From Mycobacterium phage prophiGD51-2, in sequence record MW584195.1: 51,838 nucleotides of DNA; one strand, 5' to 3'. The position numbers and the translations under genes were made by a program. The notes under the pieces were generated by a model. It was not told where the DNA came from. It worked only from the letters and a program-made list of their open reading frames with translations, and searched no databases. Of this stretch, positions 26,671 to 36,576 are shown piece by piece. The number at the start of each line of letters is the position of its first letter. The first letter of the stretch is position 1.

Positions 26671-26762
26671 GTCGCTCAGAGACACCGTCCCGCACGCCAT
26701 TTCCTGGTGGTGGTGTGCGGGGCGGTACCCCTCTGTCCACACCAGGGCACCAGGAGGAAACC

Positions 26763-27245
26763 ATGAGCAAGGAAAACACCCCCGACACCGAGGACGTCAA
26801 GGTCGCCGATCAGGCAGCCGATGACGTGCCCGCGGTGGAGCACACCGCCGCCCCCGACATCGACGACGCCGCGGACATCGCCGCCGACTGGGCCGACGCC
26901 TACCCGCCCGGCTCCGAGCTGTTCGTCGGCGAGTTCGGCCCCGAGGACTTCGAGACCGGTGAGTACGCCGAGGGCGAATACCCCGACGGCGCAACGGTCG
27001 CCGTCAAGCGGTGCATCAAGAAGCCGCCGCCCGGCTGGATCCGCAAGCACGCCGGAATGGGCGACCTGGAGCGGACTTTCGCGCTGCTCGAACTGCACGC
27101 CTGCCCCGAGGCGCTCGACGTGCTCGACGCGCTGACCGCAGACGCCTGGAACGAATACGTCGAACGATGGGGCGAGGACGGTGGACTCGTCTCGGGAAAC
27201 TCGCGACGTGCCTCGCGGCGTGCCGCGAGGCGGAAGACGCGGTAA
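26763..27245 (+). CDS. Tail assembly chaperone (G-like)
   Basis: ATG follows AGGAGGAAACC. It has an acidic N-terminus. It is followed by an overlapping -1 frame ORF. Confidence 0.7.
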   Translation: MSKENTPDTEDVKVADQAADDVPAVEHTAAPDIDDAADIAADWADAYPPGSELFVGEFGPEDFETGEYAEGEYPDGATVAVKRCIKKPPPGWIRKHAGMGDLERTFALLELHACPEALDVLDALTADAWNEYVERWGEDGGLVSGNSRRASRRAARRKTR

Positions 27246-27643
27246 GGCGCGACCTGCTCGCCCTCGGGCGAGAGTTCGACGACGGAACGCTGACCTGGGC
27301 CGACCTCTGCGCGGTCACCAACGCCGCGCTTCCCGGCTCCGCCGTCCACTACCACCGCACCCGCGGATGGACCACCACCGACTACCTGCTCGCCGACCTC
27401 ATCGACGTCGAGCAGCTCGCGCTGTGGCAGCGCGGCGGTGACGACAGCGTCCCGAAGCCCGAACCGGTGAAGCGTCCCGGCGACCTGGAGCGCGAAGCCG
27501 CAGAGGCGAAGACCGTGCCGATGGGCATGGGCGTATCCGCGACACCGACCACCGTCTCCGAGTTCCTCGCGATGCGCGAGGAGCGAGCCCGTCGCTGGCG
27601 CAAGCGCCACGGCGTCCCCGAACCCGCAGCGGAAGGAGCGTGA
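26763..27643 (+). CDS. Tail assembly chaperone G-T fusion produced by -1 programmed frameshift at GGGAAAC (27194..27200)
   Basis: The slippery heptamer G_GGA_AAC lies near the end of the G frame. The -1 frame stays open to 27643 and ends just before the tape measure start. Confidence 0.65.
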
Positions 27644-27646
27644 CCC

Positions 27647-30600
27647 GTGGCCGGAACCTACTACGTCACTGTCCTTCCCGAGACCTCGAAGTTCGAGGCC
27701 GGCATTCGCCAGGCGGGACAGCGCGCCGAGCGTGGCATGCGGCTGCGGCCGGAGTTCGACACTTCCGGAGCGCAGCAGGCCGGCCAGCGTGCAGGTCGCG
27801 ATGTGCAGTCCGGCATGGATACCGCCGCCCGCTCCGGCGGCGGTATCCGCGGGTTCTTCCGTGCCGACGGCGCTCGCGCGGCGGGTGAGCAGGCCGGCCG
27901 CGAGGTCAACTCCGGCCTGCAGTCCGCGAACGTGGGATCCGGTCTTGGGTCGCAGGTTCGGGCGAACCTCGGCGACGGCGAGACCGTCGGCCGATCGTTC
28001 GGTGCACGCCTCGCAGGTGGCTTGAAGGCCGCCGCTGCTATCGGCGGAGCGACCGCGGTCGCCGGCATCGGCTACGCGATGACGAAGGGGTTCTCGCGGC
28101 TGGTCGAGATCGACACCGCGAAGTTCAAGCTCCAAGCTCTCGGCAACAGCGCGCAGGACGTCCAGAACATCATGGACAACGCCACCGCCGCGGTGAAGGG
28201 CACGGCGTTCTCCCTGAACGAGGCCGCGACCACCTCGGCGTCCGCCGTCGCCGCTGGCATCAAGCCTGGCAAGGAGCTGACGCAGTACCTCGGCACGACC
28301 GCCGACGCCGCCGCGGTCGCCGGTACCTCGCTCGCTGAAATGGGCTCGATCTTCAACAAGATCAGCACGGCGAACAAGGCCTACACCGGCGACCTGCAGA
28401 TGCTCTCGGACCGCGGCATCCCGATCTTCCAGTGGATCGCCAAGGAGGCCGGAGTCACCGCCGACGAGGTCGGCGAGATGGCGAAGAAGGGCCAGATCGA
28501 CTCCGCGATGTTCCGCACCGCGATCGAGAAGAACATCGGCGGCGCAGCCAAGGGCATGGGCGGCTCGTTCATGGGCGCCCTCGCCAACCTCAAGGCCTCC
28601 ATCGCCCGGTTCGGTGCCGGTCTCGCCGGTCCCGTGGTCGAGGGGCTGCGGCCGATGCTCAACGCGGGCATGACCGTGTTCGACGGCATCACCAAGGCGA
28701 TGGGGCCGAGCATGAAGAGCCTCACCGCCATGACGGGCGCCTGGTCGGCCGACATGGCCGCGAAGGTCACCGCGTGGGCTGAGAACGGTGGCGTCGAACG
28801 TGCTGCCGCCCGCATCTCCTCGGCAGTCAACTCGGCGCTCGGCTGGCTCCGGCAGGCCGGCACGTGGATCAGCGACGTCTGGAAGCAGATCCAGAACCCC
28901 GACGCCGGAGGCGCGGACGCGGGCGCCACCTTGAAGAGCGTCGGCGACGCAGCCAAGGGCATCGGCGACGCCGCACAGTCCGCCGGCCCCGCGCTGCGCA
29001 CCATCGGCGAGTCGCTGGTCGCTATCGGTCCCGAGACTCTGCGCAGCGTGCTCGTGCCCGGGCTGCAGCTGCTCGGCGACGCGCTGAAGTTCGCCGCCGA
29101 CAACGCATCCTGGCTGCTGCCCGTGGCCGCTGGGTTCCTCGCAATCCGCGCCGCGACGAGCGCCGCAGTTCCGTTCGTGCAGGCCTACGCCGCCACCATG
29201 AACGTGATCCGCACGCCGGTCATCATGGCGCAGGCGCTCGCGCAGCGGACCCTCGCCGCCGCCATGCGTGAGCACACCGCAGCGCTCGCGGCCAACACGG
29301 GCGCGCAGATCGGCAACGACACCGCGACGAACGCCGGTGTCCTCGCGAAGACCCGCGCCGCTGCCGCCGCCATCGCGTCGACCGTCGCGGAGAAGGCACG
29401 CGCAGCCGCCACCAAGATCGGCACCGCCATCCAGCTCGCCTTCAACGCCGTCATGGCGATGAACCCGCTCGTGCTCATCATCGCCGCGGTCGTCGCCGCT
29501 GGCGTCGCCATCTGGGCGTTCTTCACCAAGACCGAGACCGGCCGCAAGCTCTGGGACAAAATCTGGAACGGCATCAAGGCCGTCACGAATGCGGTCGTCG
29601 GCTGGATCATGAACACGGCCGTGCCGTGGCTCAAGCAGGCCTGGGATCGCGTGTCGCAGGACGCGATGTGGCTGTGGCACAACGTCATCGAGCCCGTCTT
29701 CAACGGCGTCAAGGGCGTTATCGAGGCGGTCGTCGGCTGGATCATGAACACGGCCGTCCCGTGGGCGCAGCAGGCGTGGCAAAACTTCACTACAGGTCTG
29801 CGCGTCATCATCGACACCGCGACCTCGGTGCTAAACGGTGTGCGCGAGAAGTTCACGGCCGTCGTCGATTTCGTCCGCGGCCTGCCCGACAAGATCAAGT
29901 CCGCGGCGTCGGGCATGTGGGACGGCATCGGCAACGCGTTCAAGTCCGTGGTCAACGGCATGATCCGCGTCTGGAACGGCTTCGCGTCGAAGTTGTCCTT
30001 CACCACCCCCGATTGGGTGCCGGGACTCGGTGGCAAGTCGTTCTCCATCCCGACGATCGCGGAGTTCGCCGAAGGCGGCTGGACCGGCCCCGGTAGCAAG
30101 TACCAGGCCGCTGGCATCGTGCACGCCGACGAGTTCGTGCTCAGCAAGGCCGCACGCGCAGCGATCGAGGGGCGTCACCCCGGCCTGCTCGACTTCATGA
30201 ACCGCACCGGCGAGCTGCCCGCACTTCGCGGCTACGCAGAGGGCGGACAGGTGTCGGCCGCGTCCCTGGTCAACTTCGCGAAGGGCGTCGAGGGCCAGCC
30301 CTACAAGTGGGGCGGCGTGAACTGGGGCGATTGCTCCGGCGCTGTCTCGGCCATCGCCAACTACGCCACCGGCCGTGACCCGTTCGGCTCCCGCTTCGCC
30401 ACGGGCAGCGAGAAGAGCGAGCTCGCAGCGCGCGGCTTCAAGCCCGGTCTGGGACCGTCCGGCTCGCTGAACATCGGTTGGTTCAACGGCGGGCCGTACG
30501 GCGGTCACACCGCTGCGACGCTGCCCGACGGCACCAACTTCGAGATGGGCGGCGGCCGAGGCAACGGCCAGTTCGGCGGCAAGGCCGCAGGCGCCAACGA

Positions 30601-31684
30601 CTCGCAGTTCACCGACCACGCGCACTTGCCGCCGGAGTTCTTCACCGGCCTGGACGCCGGTTCTCCCACCACCGGTGGCGCGGGTGTCGGCGCTGCCACC
30701 GGTAGCGGCGGAAGCGGCGGTTCCGGCAGTAGCTCCGTGGGTAGCTCGACCAGCGGCGGCGGTGCCAGCTACCGCGCGGCCACCTCGGCCGAGCTGTCGT
30801 CCGCATCGGAGAAGACCAGCAACGCCGCGACCGCGAAGAAGAACGCGGACCAGTCCGTCTCCGATCGCGAGTACGCGCTGGAGAAGGCGAAGCGGCAGCG
30901 CGACGAGCTCGCGGCGAAGAAGCACACCGACGCGCAGATGCAGGACGCCAACCGCCGCGTCGAGGTCGCGGAGCGGGAGCTCGCCGACGCCAAGGAGCGT
31001 CAGACCAAGGCCGCCGACAAGCTGACTCAGGCGCAGCAGGAAGAGAGCGACCTGAAGACCAAGGGCAAGGAAGTCAAGGCCAAGGGCGGCAAGGACTCCG
31101 ACGGCAAGAGCAACGGGCTCAACGGCTCCGACTTCGGCAAGACGTTCGTGTCCGGTGTCCTCGAAAGCATCGGCCTCGACGGCTCGGTGTTCAGCAACCC
31201 GCTGGAGTGGCCGACCGTCAAGAGCGCGATGGCCGGCGTGAACTGGCTCGGCGGTCTGCTCAAGGGCGGAGACAGCGAGAGCGGCAGCTCCGCCGGAGCA
31301 GCCACCAGCGCGGGTGCCGGAGGTTTCGCGACCGGCGCGGCCGACGCGGTCGGGCTAGGCGGGTTCCTCAAGAACCTGCCCGGCAACCCGGTCGGCGAGG
31401 CCACCAGCCAGAGCGGCGCGGACTGGACCCCGCAGAGCGGCAGCCCGAAGCTCGCACAGGGCCAGTGGAACCCGGCGCAGCCCGGCGGCAACACGGTCGC
31501 CGGAACCGCGGCGAACACGCTGTCGGCGTTCGTGCCGAACGTCGCCCCGCAGCCGTCGACGACCGGCGGGCCGGTCGACAACTCGATCAACATCAACGGC
31601 CCGGTCGGCATGAACCCGACCGACGTCCAGAACAAGGTCCACAGCGAGCAGAACGCGCGGACCCGGACCACGGTCGTGCGCTAG
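27647..31684 (+). CDS. Tape measure protein with an embedded NlpC/P60-like peptidase motif
   Basis: It is a 1345-aa Ala/Gly-rich protein after the G/GT genes. The GTG start follows GGAAGGAGCG. The internal motif is 'QPYKWGGVNWGDCSGAVSAIANYATG'. Confidence 0.85.
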   Translation: MAGTYYVTVLPETSKFEAGIRQAGQRAERGMRLRPEFDTSGAQQAGQRAGRDVQSGMDTAARSGGGIRGFFRADGARAAGEQAGREVNSGLQSANVGSGLGSQVRANLGDGETVGRSFGARLAGGLKAAAAIGGATAVAGIGYAMTKGFSRLVEIDTAKFKLQALGNSAQDVQNIMDNATAAVKGTAFSLNEAATTSASAVAAGIKPGKELTQYLGTTADAAAVAGTSLAEMGSIFNKISTANKAYTGDLQMLSDRGIPIFQWIAKEAGVTADEVGEMAKKGQIDSAMFRTAIEKNIGGAAKGMGGSFMGALANLKASIARFGAGLAGPVVEGLRPMLNAGMTVFDGITKAMGPSMKSLTAMTGAWSADMAAKVTAWAENGGVERAAARISSAVNSALGWLRQAGTWISDVWKQIQNPDAGGADAGATLKSVGDAAKGIGDAAQSAGPALRTIGESLVAIGPETLRSVLVPGLQLLGDALKFAADNASWLLPVAAGFLAIRAATSAAVPFVQAYAATMNVIRTPVIMAQALAQRTLAAAMREHTAALAANTGAQIGNDTATNAGVLAKTRAAAAAIASTVAEKARAAATKIGTAIQLAFNAVMAMNPLVLIIAAVVAAGVAIWAFFTKTETGRKLWDKIWNGIKAVTNAVVGWIMNTAVPWLKQAWDRVSQDAMWLWHNVIEPVFNGVKGVIEAVVGWIMNTAVPWAQQAWQNFTTGLRVIIDTATSVLNGVREKFTAVVDFVRGLPDKIKSAASGMWDGIGNAFKSVVNGMIRVWNGFASKLSFTTPDWVPGLGGKSFSIPTIAEFAEGGWTGPGSKYQAAGIVHADEFVLSKAARAAIEGRHPGLLDFMNRTGELPALRGYAEGGQVSAASLVNFAKGVEGQPYKWGGVNWGDCSGAVSAIANYATGRDPFGSRFATGSEKSELAARGFKPGLGPSGSLNIGWFNGGPYGGHTAATLPDGTNFEMGGGRGNGQFGGKAAGANDSQFTDHAHLPPEFFTGLDAGSPTTGGAGVGAATGSGGSGGSGSSSVGSSTSGGGASYRAATSAELSSASEKTSNAATAKKNADQSVSDREYALEKAKRQRDELAAKKHTDAQMQDANRRVEVAERELADAKERQTKAADKLTQAQQEESDLKTKGKEVKAKGGKDSDGKSNGLNGSDFGKTFVSGVLESIGLDGSVFSNPLEWPTVKSAMAGVNWLGGLLKGGDSESGSSAGAATSAGAGGFATGAADAVGLGGFLKNLPGNPVGEATSQSGADWTPQSGSPKLAQGQWNPAQPGGNTVAGTAANTLSAFVPNVAPQPSTTGGPVDNSININGPVGMNPTDVQNKVHSEQNARTRTTVVR

Positions 31685-31691
31685 GAGAGCT

Positions 31692-32828
31692 GTGCTGTAC
31701 CACGACGACTTCTACACCGGACCACCGGCCTACCCGGATGACGCTGCGGGACAACCGATGTACCCGCCTCTGGACCCGCAGCACCCCGCCCGGCAGCGGA
31801 TGGCTGTGTGGCGGGACATGGGGGCCAACGGTCACCGACTCCGCAGCATGGAGACGAAGTGGGTGTACATGCACCCGAACACCGGCTACAAGCCGTGGCA
31901 CCTCGCCGGACCGCTGCGCGGCCGTGAGGGTGTGGTGCTGGCGCGAGAGCTGGAAGGCGTCCTGCAGCCGGACTTCGAGATCCGTTACAGCTCCGGACCG
32001 TACATGATCGGCGAGACCGCCGAGCGGGTGGACTACAAGAAGCGCGTCATGAACTTCGGGTCGGTCATCAACCCGAACGGCAACGCGGAGCGTCCGGAGG
32101 AACCGGACTTCTGGAACTTCCACAGCATCATGCAGCAGTGGACCGCCTCGTGGTCTGAGACCGTGCCCGGGTTCCTCGGCTGCTTCACCCGGATGGGCGG
32201 CTGGCGGTTCCTGCCCGTCATCTCCGGCGAGGCCACGAAGACCACGTTGTCGATCGACCCTGCGGCGCACGGAAACAACGGCCTGACGCTGAACCAGGTC
32301 GCGCACGCGCCCTGGCCGCTGTACGCGAAGAAGGCACTGACCCGCTCGTGGAAGGCGTCACCGGATCAGGTCGGCGAGGACGGAATCGCGCGCGGCACAA
32401 TCCCGATCGCGAACCGCGGCACCTTCCGCAGCTATCCGAAGTACCTCGTGCGGGGCACGGGCACCGCGACCGTGCAGGACGGAATCGGCGGCCGGCAGAT
32501 CACCCTGCCCCGACTGTACGAGGACGACGGCGCGTACATGCTCGTCGACACCGACCCGACCAAGCGGACCATCACCACGGAGAAGGAACCGGTCGACTCC
32601 GAGCTGTACCGGTACATGCGCAACGCGCAGCTTCTCCAGGTGCTGCTCCCGGACGTCTACGGCGTGGCTCACTCCAAGCTGCCCGCGCAGCGGCGCATCC
32701 CCGGCGGTATCGGCTTCGACAACGCGATCCCGCCGAAGTCGGTCGCACACCTCAACGTCTCGCACACCAACCCCAACGGGTCCATCACGTGCGTTCTGCC
32801 GCAGCCATACCGGATGCCTTGGGCGTAA
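31692..32828 (+). CDS. Minor tail protein (distal tail-like)
   Basis: The GTG start follows AGGAGAGC. It is the first gene after the tape measure. Confidence 0.65.
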   Translation: MLYHDDFYTGPPAYPDDAAGQPMYPPLDPQHPARQRMAVWRDMGANGHRLRSMETKWVYMHPNTGYKPWHLAGPLRGREGVVLARELEGVLQPDFEIRYSSGPYMIGETAERVDYKKRVMNFGSVINPNGNAERPEEPDFWNFHSIMQQWTASWSETVPGFLGCFTRMGGWRFLPVISGEATKTTLSIDPAAHGNNGLTLNQVAHAPWPLYAKKALTRSWKASPDQVGEDGIARGTIPIANRGTFRSYPKYLVRGTGTATVQDGIGGRQITLPRLYEDDGAYMLVDTDPTKRTITTEKEPVDSELYRYMRNAQLLQVLLPDVYGVAHSKLPAQRRIPGGIGFDNAIPPKSVAHLNVSHTNPNGSITCVLPQPYRMPWA

Positions 32829-32841
32829 AGGAGGTGAGTTC

Positions 32842-34593
32842 GTGCGCACCTCTCTGCTGACTCGGCCGGTCGGCACCGACGGTCCTCCGGACCCGGTCCT
32901 CGACCCGCATAGCGCGTACGCCTATCTCGACGCGAAGCGCGACGTCCTCGACGAGGAGGCGCGTGCTCGGCCGCTGATCCGGTTGCACGACAAGGACCAC
33001 AACTACATCGGCACTGTCGCGGGGGAGAAGAGCCTCGACGCCGAGGAGATGCTCCACGACACCGGCGCCGCGGAGATTCCGATCCGTGCCGATGACTGGC
33101 TGATGGAGTTCCTCCGCACCGACGTGCGCCGCGAGGAAGACCTGCATATCACGATCGACCCGTACCCGCACTGGCGCAACTGGCGCTGGCGGTGGGGCGG
33201 CAAGGTCACAAACGTTCAGGTCAAGAAGAACGAAGACGGCACGCACACAGCGCTTTTCCAGTGCAGCCACAACCGCGAGCACTGGAAGCACCTGCTCCTC
33301 GGAGCCACGCCGTTCATGCCGCCGGAGGTCCAGCCGCTCAAGGCCTGGCTCATGCTGGCGAACACTCGGACCGCCGTCGCCACAACGGGTTCCATCAACC
33401 TCGCGCGCAACTACTCGCCGATGCTCGCGCTCACGTCGAACATTCTGAACCCGGGCGCGTGGATCGGCGAGGCGTCGAACCTCGCGAACCTGTCGCCGCT
33501 CAACTGGCCGGTCCAGATGCAGTTCGTGAACCCGATCGTCGACCAGAGCCGTCTCACGGTCCTGATGTCGCGGTGGAACTACGCGCACGACGTGTGCGAC
33601 GCCCTGTTGAAGAACGCCGGGTGTCACGTGCGGGCCTACACGTGGCTGCCCGAGGACGAGGACAGCCCGCACCCCGAGCTCGCCGCGATCGTGGGCGAGG
33701 AGCTCGCGCGGCCGTCCCGTGCGTGTGTGGTGCTCGCGGTGGAGGACAAGAGCGGCGTCACCGGTCCCACGGGCACCGCGTTCGACGGCGTGCTGAATCT
33801 GCTTGCGGTGTCTGCGGACAACGCAGTCGGCACCGTCCTGCACAACGTGGACGCCGACGGCGACGGCGAGATGGACCCGTGGATCCGGTCGCTGCTCAAG
33901 GTCGCGCCTGCCGTGCCGAACGTCCGCTTCCGAGACGGCGACCTGAGCCCGATCATCTCGTCGGAACACTCGACGTTCCGCGCGAAGGCGCTCTCGATCA
34001 TGACTGGCGGCAAGAGCCCCGGCTGGGTCAACCAGGTCCAGACGTTCCTGATCAAATACGCCATCGCGCAGCTGTCCAACATGATCAGCTACGGACCCGC
34101 CGCAGCGGAGAACCCGGGCACACCCGGCCTCGAAGAGGTCTACCAGGGGCAGTTCGACGACATGCTCCTCGCGTACATCCGATTCACGGATCCGGTGCGC
34201 GCGTTCAACTCTGGGCCGTACGCCTACCTCGAACATTTCGAGCAAGGCAGCGGCTCCGCGTACACCGTCAGCTCGGTGCTCACGCTGGAGCAGGGTCACT
34301 TCAAGACCCGGCCGTACCCCGCGTTCAAGGTCGCGATCCGAAACAGCAGCGCCAACATGCTGTTCCGCGACTTCGACCTCGGCGACCGCACCCTGTTCGA
34401 GATCGACGGGATTCTCTACACCGACCAGGTTTCGGCTTGGAAGATCAGCTACGACGAGACGAACCCGAAGCGGTTCGACATCTCGATCGGCGACGACCGC
34501 GAGACGGAATCGCCTCTCGCACAGCTCACTCACTCGGTCTCGAACCTCTGGAACGGCGTCGGCATGCTCTTCGGCTCCGGCGACCTGTTCTAG
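32842..34593 (+). CDS. Minor tail protein (baseplate/Tal-like)
   Basis: The GTG start follows AAGGAGGTGA. It is 583 aa. Confidence 0.65.
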   Translation: MRTSLLTRPVGTDGPPDPVLDPHSAYAYLDAKRDVLDEEARARPLIRLHDKDHNYIGTVAGEKSLDAEEMLHDTGAAEIPIRADDWLMEFLRTDVRREEDLHITIDPYPHWRNWRWRWGGKVTNVQVKKNEDGTHTALFQCSHNREHWKHLLLGATPFMPPEVQPLKAWLMLANTRTAVATTGSINLARNYSPMLALTSNILNPGAWIGEASNLANLSPLNWPVQMQFVNPIVDQSRLTVLMSRWNYAHDVCDALLKNAGCHVRAYTWLPEDEDSPHPELAAIVGEELARPSRACVVLAVEDKSGVTGPTGTAFDGVLNLLAVSADNAVGTVLHNVDADGDGEMDPWIRSLLKVAPAVPNVRFRDGDLSPIISSEHSTFRAKALSIMTGGKSPGWVNQVQTFLIKYAIAQLSNMISYGPAAAENPGTPGLEEVYQGQFDDMLLAYIRFTDPVRAFNSGPYAYLEHFEQGSGSAYTVSSVLTLEQGHFKTRPYPAFKVAIRNSSANMLFRDFDLGDRTLFEIDGILYTDQVSAWKISYDETNPKRFDISIGDDRETESPLAQLTHSVSNLWNGVGMLFGSGDLF

Positions 34594-34624
34594 GCCTCGC
34601 ACGCACACCACACCAGGAGAAGAC

Positions 34625-35140
34625 GTGGACGAACCGCGCCCGAAAGACGCCGCGCAAGATCACATCCCGGTCGACACCAGCACCGGAATGCCCGTGCTGG
34701 AAGAGATCCCGCCGGCCTACCGCACACAGCTGCAGTCCGCCATGTACGCCATCGCCGAGGCGCTGGAGTTCCCGGTCGACCGCAAGGGCCGCGTGTACGA
34801 CGTCCGCTACTTCATCCCCGTGCTGGCGTTCCACCTCGCGCGCGCCGGTATCGGCCCCGTCGAGGGCCAGGCCGTGATCAAGCCCCGCCGCGTACAGCAC
34901 GGCCCGCAGGTGCTCGACGGTGCAGTCGAGTGGGTGCCCCTCGACGCTGCGGACTCCATCGAGGACGAGCTCGACTCCATCACCTCCGCCGAGGACTTGC
35001 AGAAGCTCTCGCCCGCCGCCCGCGCGGTCGCGATCCAGGAGCTGCTCGGCGGCAGCTCGGACGCAGCACAGCGCGCCGCCTCCGCGATCCCGCCGAAGCC
35101 CGAGCAGTGGCACACGCAGACCAGCATCCAGTTCGACTAG
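34625..35140 (+). CDS. Minor tail/hypothetical protein
   Basis: The GTG start follows CAGGAGAAGAC. Confidence 0.5.
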   Translation: MDEPRPKDAAQDHIPVDTSTGMPVLEEIPPAYRTQLQSAMYAIAEALEFPVDRKGRVYDVRYFIPVLAFHLARAGIGPVEGQAVIKPRRVQHGPQVLDGAVEWVPLDAADSIEDELDSITSAEDLQKLSPAARAVAIQELLGGSSDAAQRAASAIPPKPEQWHTQTSIQFD

Positions 35141-35156
35141 CGCACAAGAGGTTCCC

Positions 35157-36242
35157 GTGAGCAACGAATACGCCTACGCCACCAGCAATGACCCGGTGGC
35201 GATCATGCAGAGCTACATCCACGCGACGTGGTACGGCATCCCGGTCGACAAGGACATGCCGCCCGCTGTCGGCGTGACCATGGAGATGATCGACGGGCAG
35301 GCCGTCATCACCTCCGCCGTGCTCAAGGGCGACAAGGGCGATCCCGGCGACAACGCACCGCTGCTGAACATGCAGTGGCCGCCGAAGGCCACCGCTGCGG
35401 AGCTCCCGGACGACCTCACCGAGGCCGACGCGCTCACCAGCTTCTGGGTCGGCAGCCCGACGCCCTCGCTCATCTACTGCTGGACCGGCACCTACTGGCA
35501 GCCGCTGCAGGCCGGTCCTCCCGGACCTCCCGGACCGCGCCCGGTGATCACGCCGAAGGTGGAAGTGATCCCGATGTCCGAACGCACCCCGGGCATGACA
35601 TCTGAGGTGATCGTGACGGGATCGGAAGCGTTCCCGCAGTATCTGTTCCGGCTGCTCGCTCCGCAGGGTCCGGTCGGACCTACCGCCACCATCTCCACCG
35701 CAGCGGACTACAACGCCGGCAAGGCCAAGCAGCCCGGCCAGGTGCTCACCGTCAACAGCGACGGCACCAAGTGGGAGCCGTCCGACTTCGCCGCGAAGCA
35801 CCCTCGTCTGTACTCGATTCCGGAGCAGGCATTCACGCCGTTCTCCGGTCTGGCGCAACGGAAGACGATCCTGAGCTACACCATCCCGGCGCAGGACTAC
35901 GACTGGACGCCGTACGTGACCGGGCACTTCCGGGCCTACGGAATCGAGATCGACAGCGACCCGCTCACCATCGGTTCCGAGGTCCGACTCGGCGACGCCA
36001 CATCGGGCACGCTCATCGCCCGCGGCTTCGGCAACAACAGCACCTGGACCACGGTTGTGCCGCACTGGTCGACCCCGAGTTCGCCCACGGCGGCGGTCGC
36101 TCCGGACAACGGCGTCGCTCTCGTTCCCGCAGGTCAGACGGCGCAGATCAACGTCAACCTCTACAACGACGGCCTGATCGGCGCCTACATCTTCGGCCGC
36201 GACGGCGCACAGCTGGCCGTGCTCACGATCCCGCAGGGCTAA
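35157..36242 (+). CDS. Minor tail protein with collagen-like Gly-X-Y repeats (tail fibre candidate)
   Basis: Contains 'GDKGDPGD' and 'GPPGPPGPRP'. The GTG at 35157 lies in frame within listed ORF 34920..36242. Confidence 0.65.
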   Translation: MSNEYAYATSNDPVAIMQSYIHATWYGIPVDKDMPPAVGVTMEMIDGQAVITSAVLKGDKGDPGDNAPLLNMQWPPKATAAELPDDLTEADALTSFWVGSPTPSLIYCWTGTYWQPLQAGPPGPPGPRPVITPKVEVIPMSERTPGMTSEVIVTGSEAFPQYLFRLLAPQGPVGPTATISTAADYNAGKAKQPGQVLTVNSDGTKWEPSDFAAKHPRLYSIPEQAFTPFSGLAQRKTILSYTIPAQDYDWTPYVTGHFRAYGIEIDSDPLTIGSEVRLGDATSGTLIARGFGNNSTWTTVVPHWSTPSSPTAAVAPDNGVALVPAGQTAQINVNLYNDGLIGAYIFGRDGAQLAVLTIPQG

Positions 36243-36255
36243 GGGGGAGAACACC

Positions 36256-36576
36256 ATGGCGTACACCAGGACGTACACCACCACCGTTCCGGTCGAGGCC
36301 GACGAGGACTTCGACCAGCTGCGTTGGCTGATGCGCGAGTCCTTCGAGCGGAAGGCCTCCGCCGACTGCCTCCGCGTCGTCGAGTACGCGGAGAAGCAGC
36401 TCGACGCTACCGACCTGCCGCCGAAGGGCGTGCAGCAGTGGGGCGGCGGCGAAACGACGCAGTGGTGGCAGTTCACCGCAACCGCGACTGTTGACACCGC
36501 AGCGGTCGAGGCGATCGAGTCGGACATGCAGGCGGCGGAAGCCGCTGCGGCAGAGGCGGACTCCGTTGCCCCGTAA
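36256..36576 (+). CDS. Hypothetical tail-associated protein
   Basis: ATG follows AAGGGGGAGAACACC. Confidence 0.5.
   Translation: MAYTRTYTTTVPVEADEDFDQLRWLMRESFERKASADCLRVVEYAEKQLDATDLPPKGVQQWGGGETTQWWQFTATATVDTAAVEAIESDMQAAEAAAAEADSVAP

Noticed and set aside
26684-26726. 12-bp stem-loop after the major tail gene as a terminator
   Set aside because: It has a 17-nt loop and no T tract, so it is not a convincing intrinsic terminator. It may be an mRNA stability element.
26900-29782. 960-aa minus-strand ORF antisense to the tape measure gene
   Set aside because: It is an antisense artefact of the GC-rich tape measure. It has no motifs and overlaps the G/GT genes.
34980-36527. 515-aa minus-strand ORF antisense to minor tail genes (also 36473..37897 and 39404..40657)
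   Set aside because: All are antisense to well-supported tail genes and translate to low-complexity sequence.
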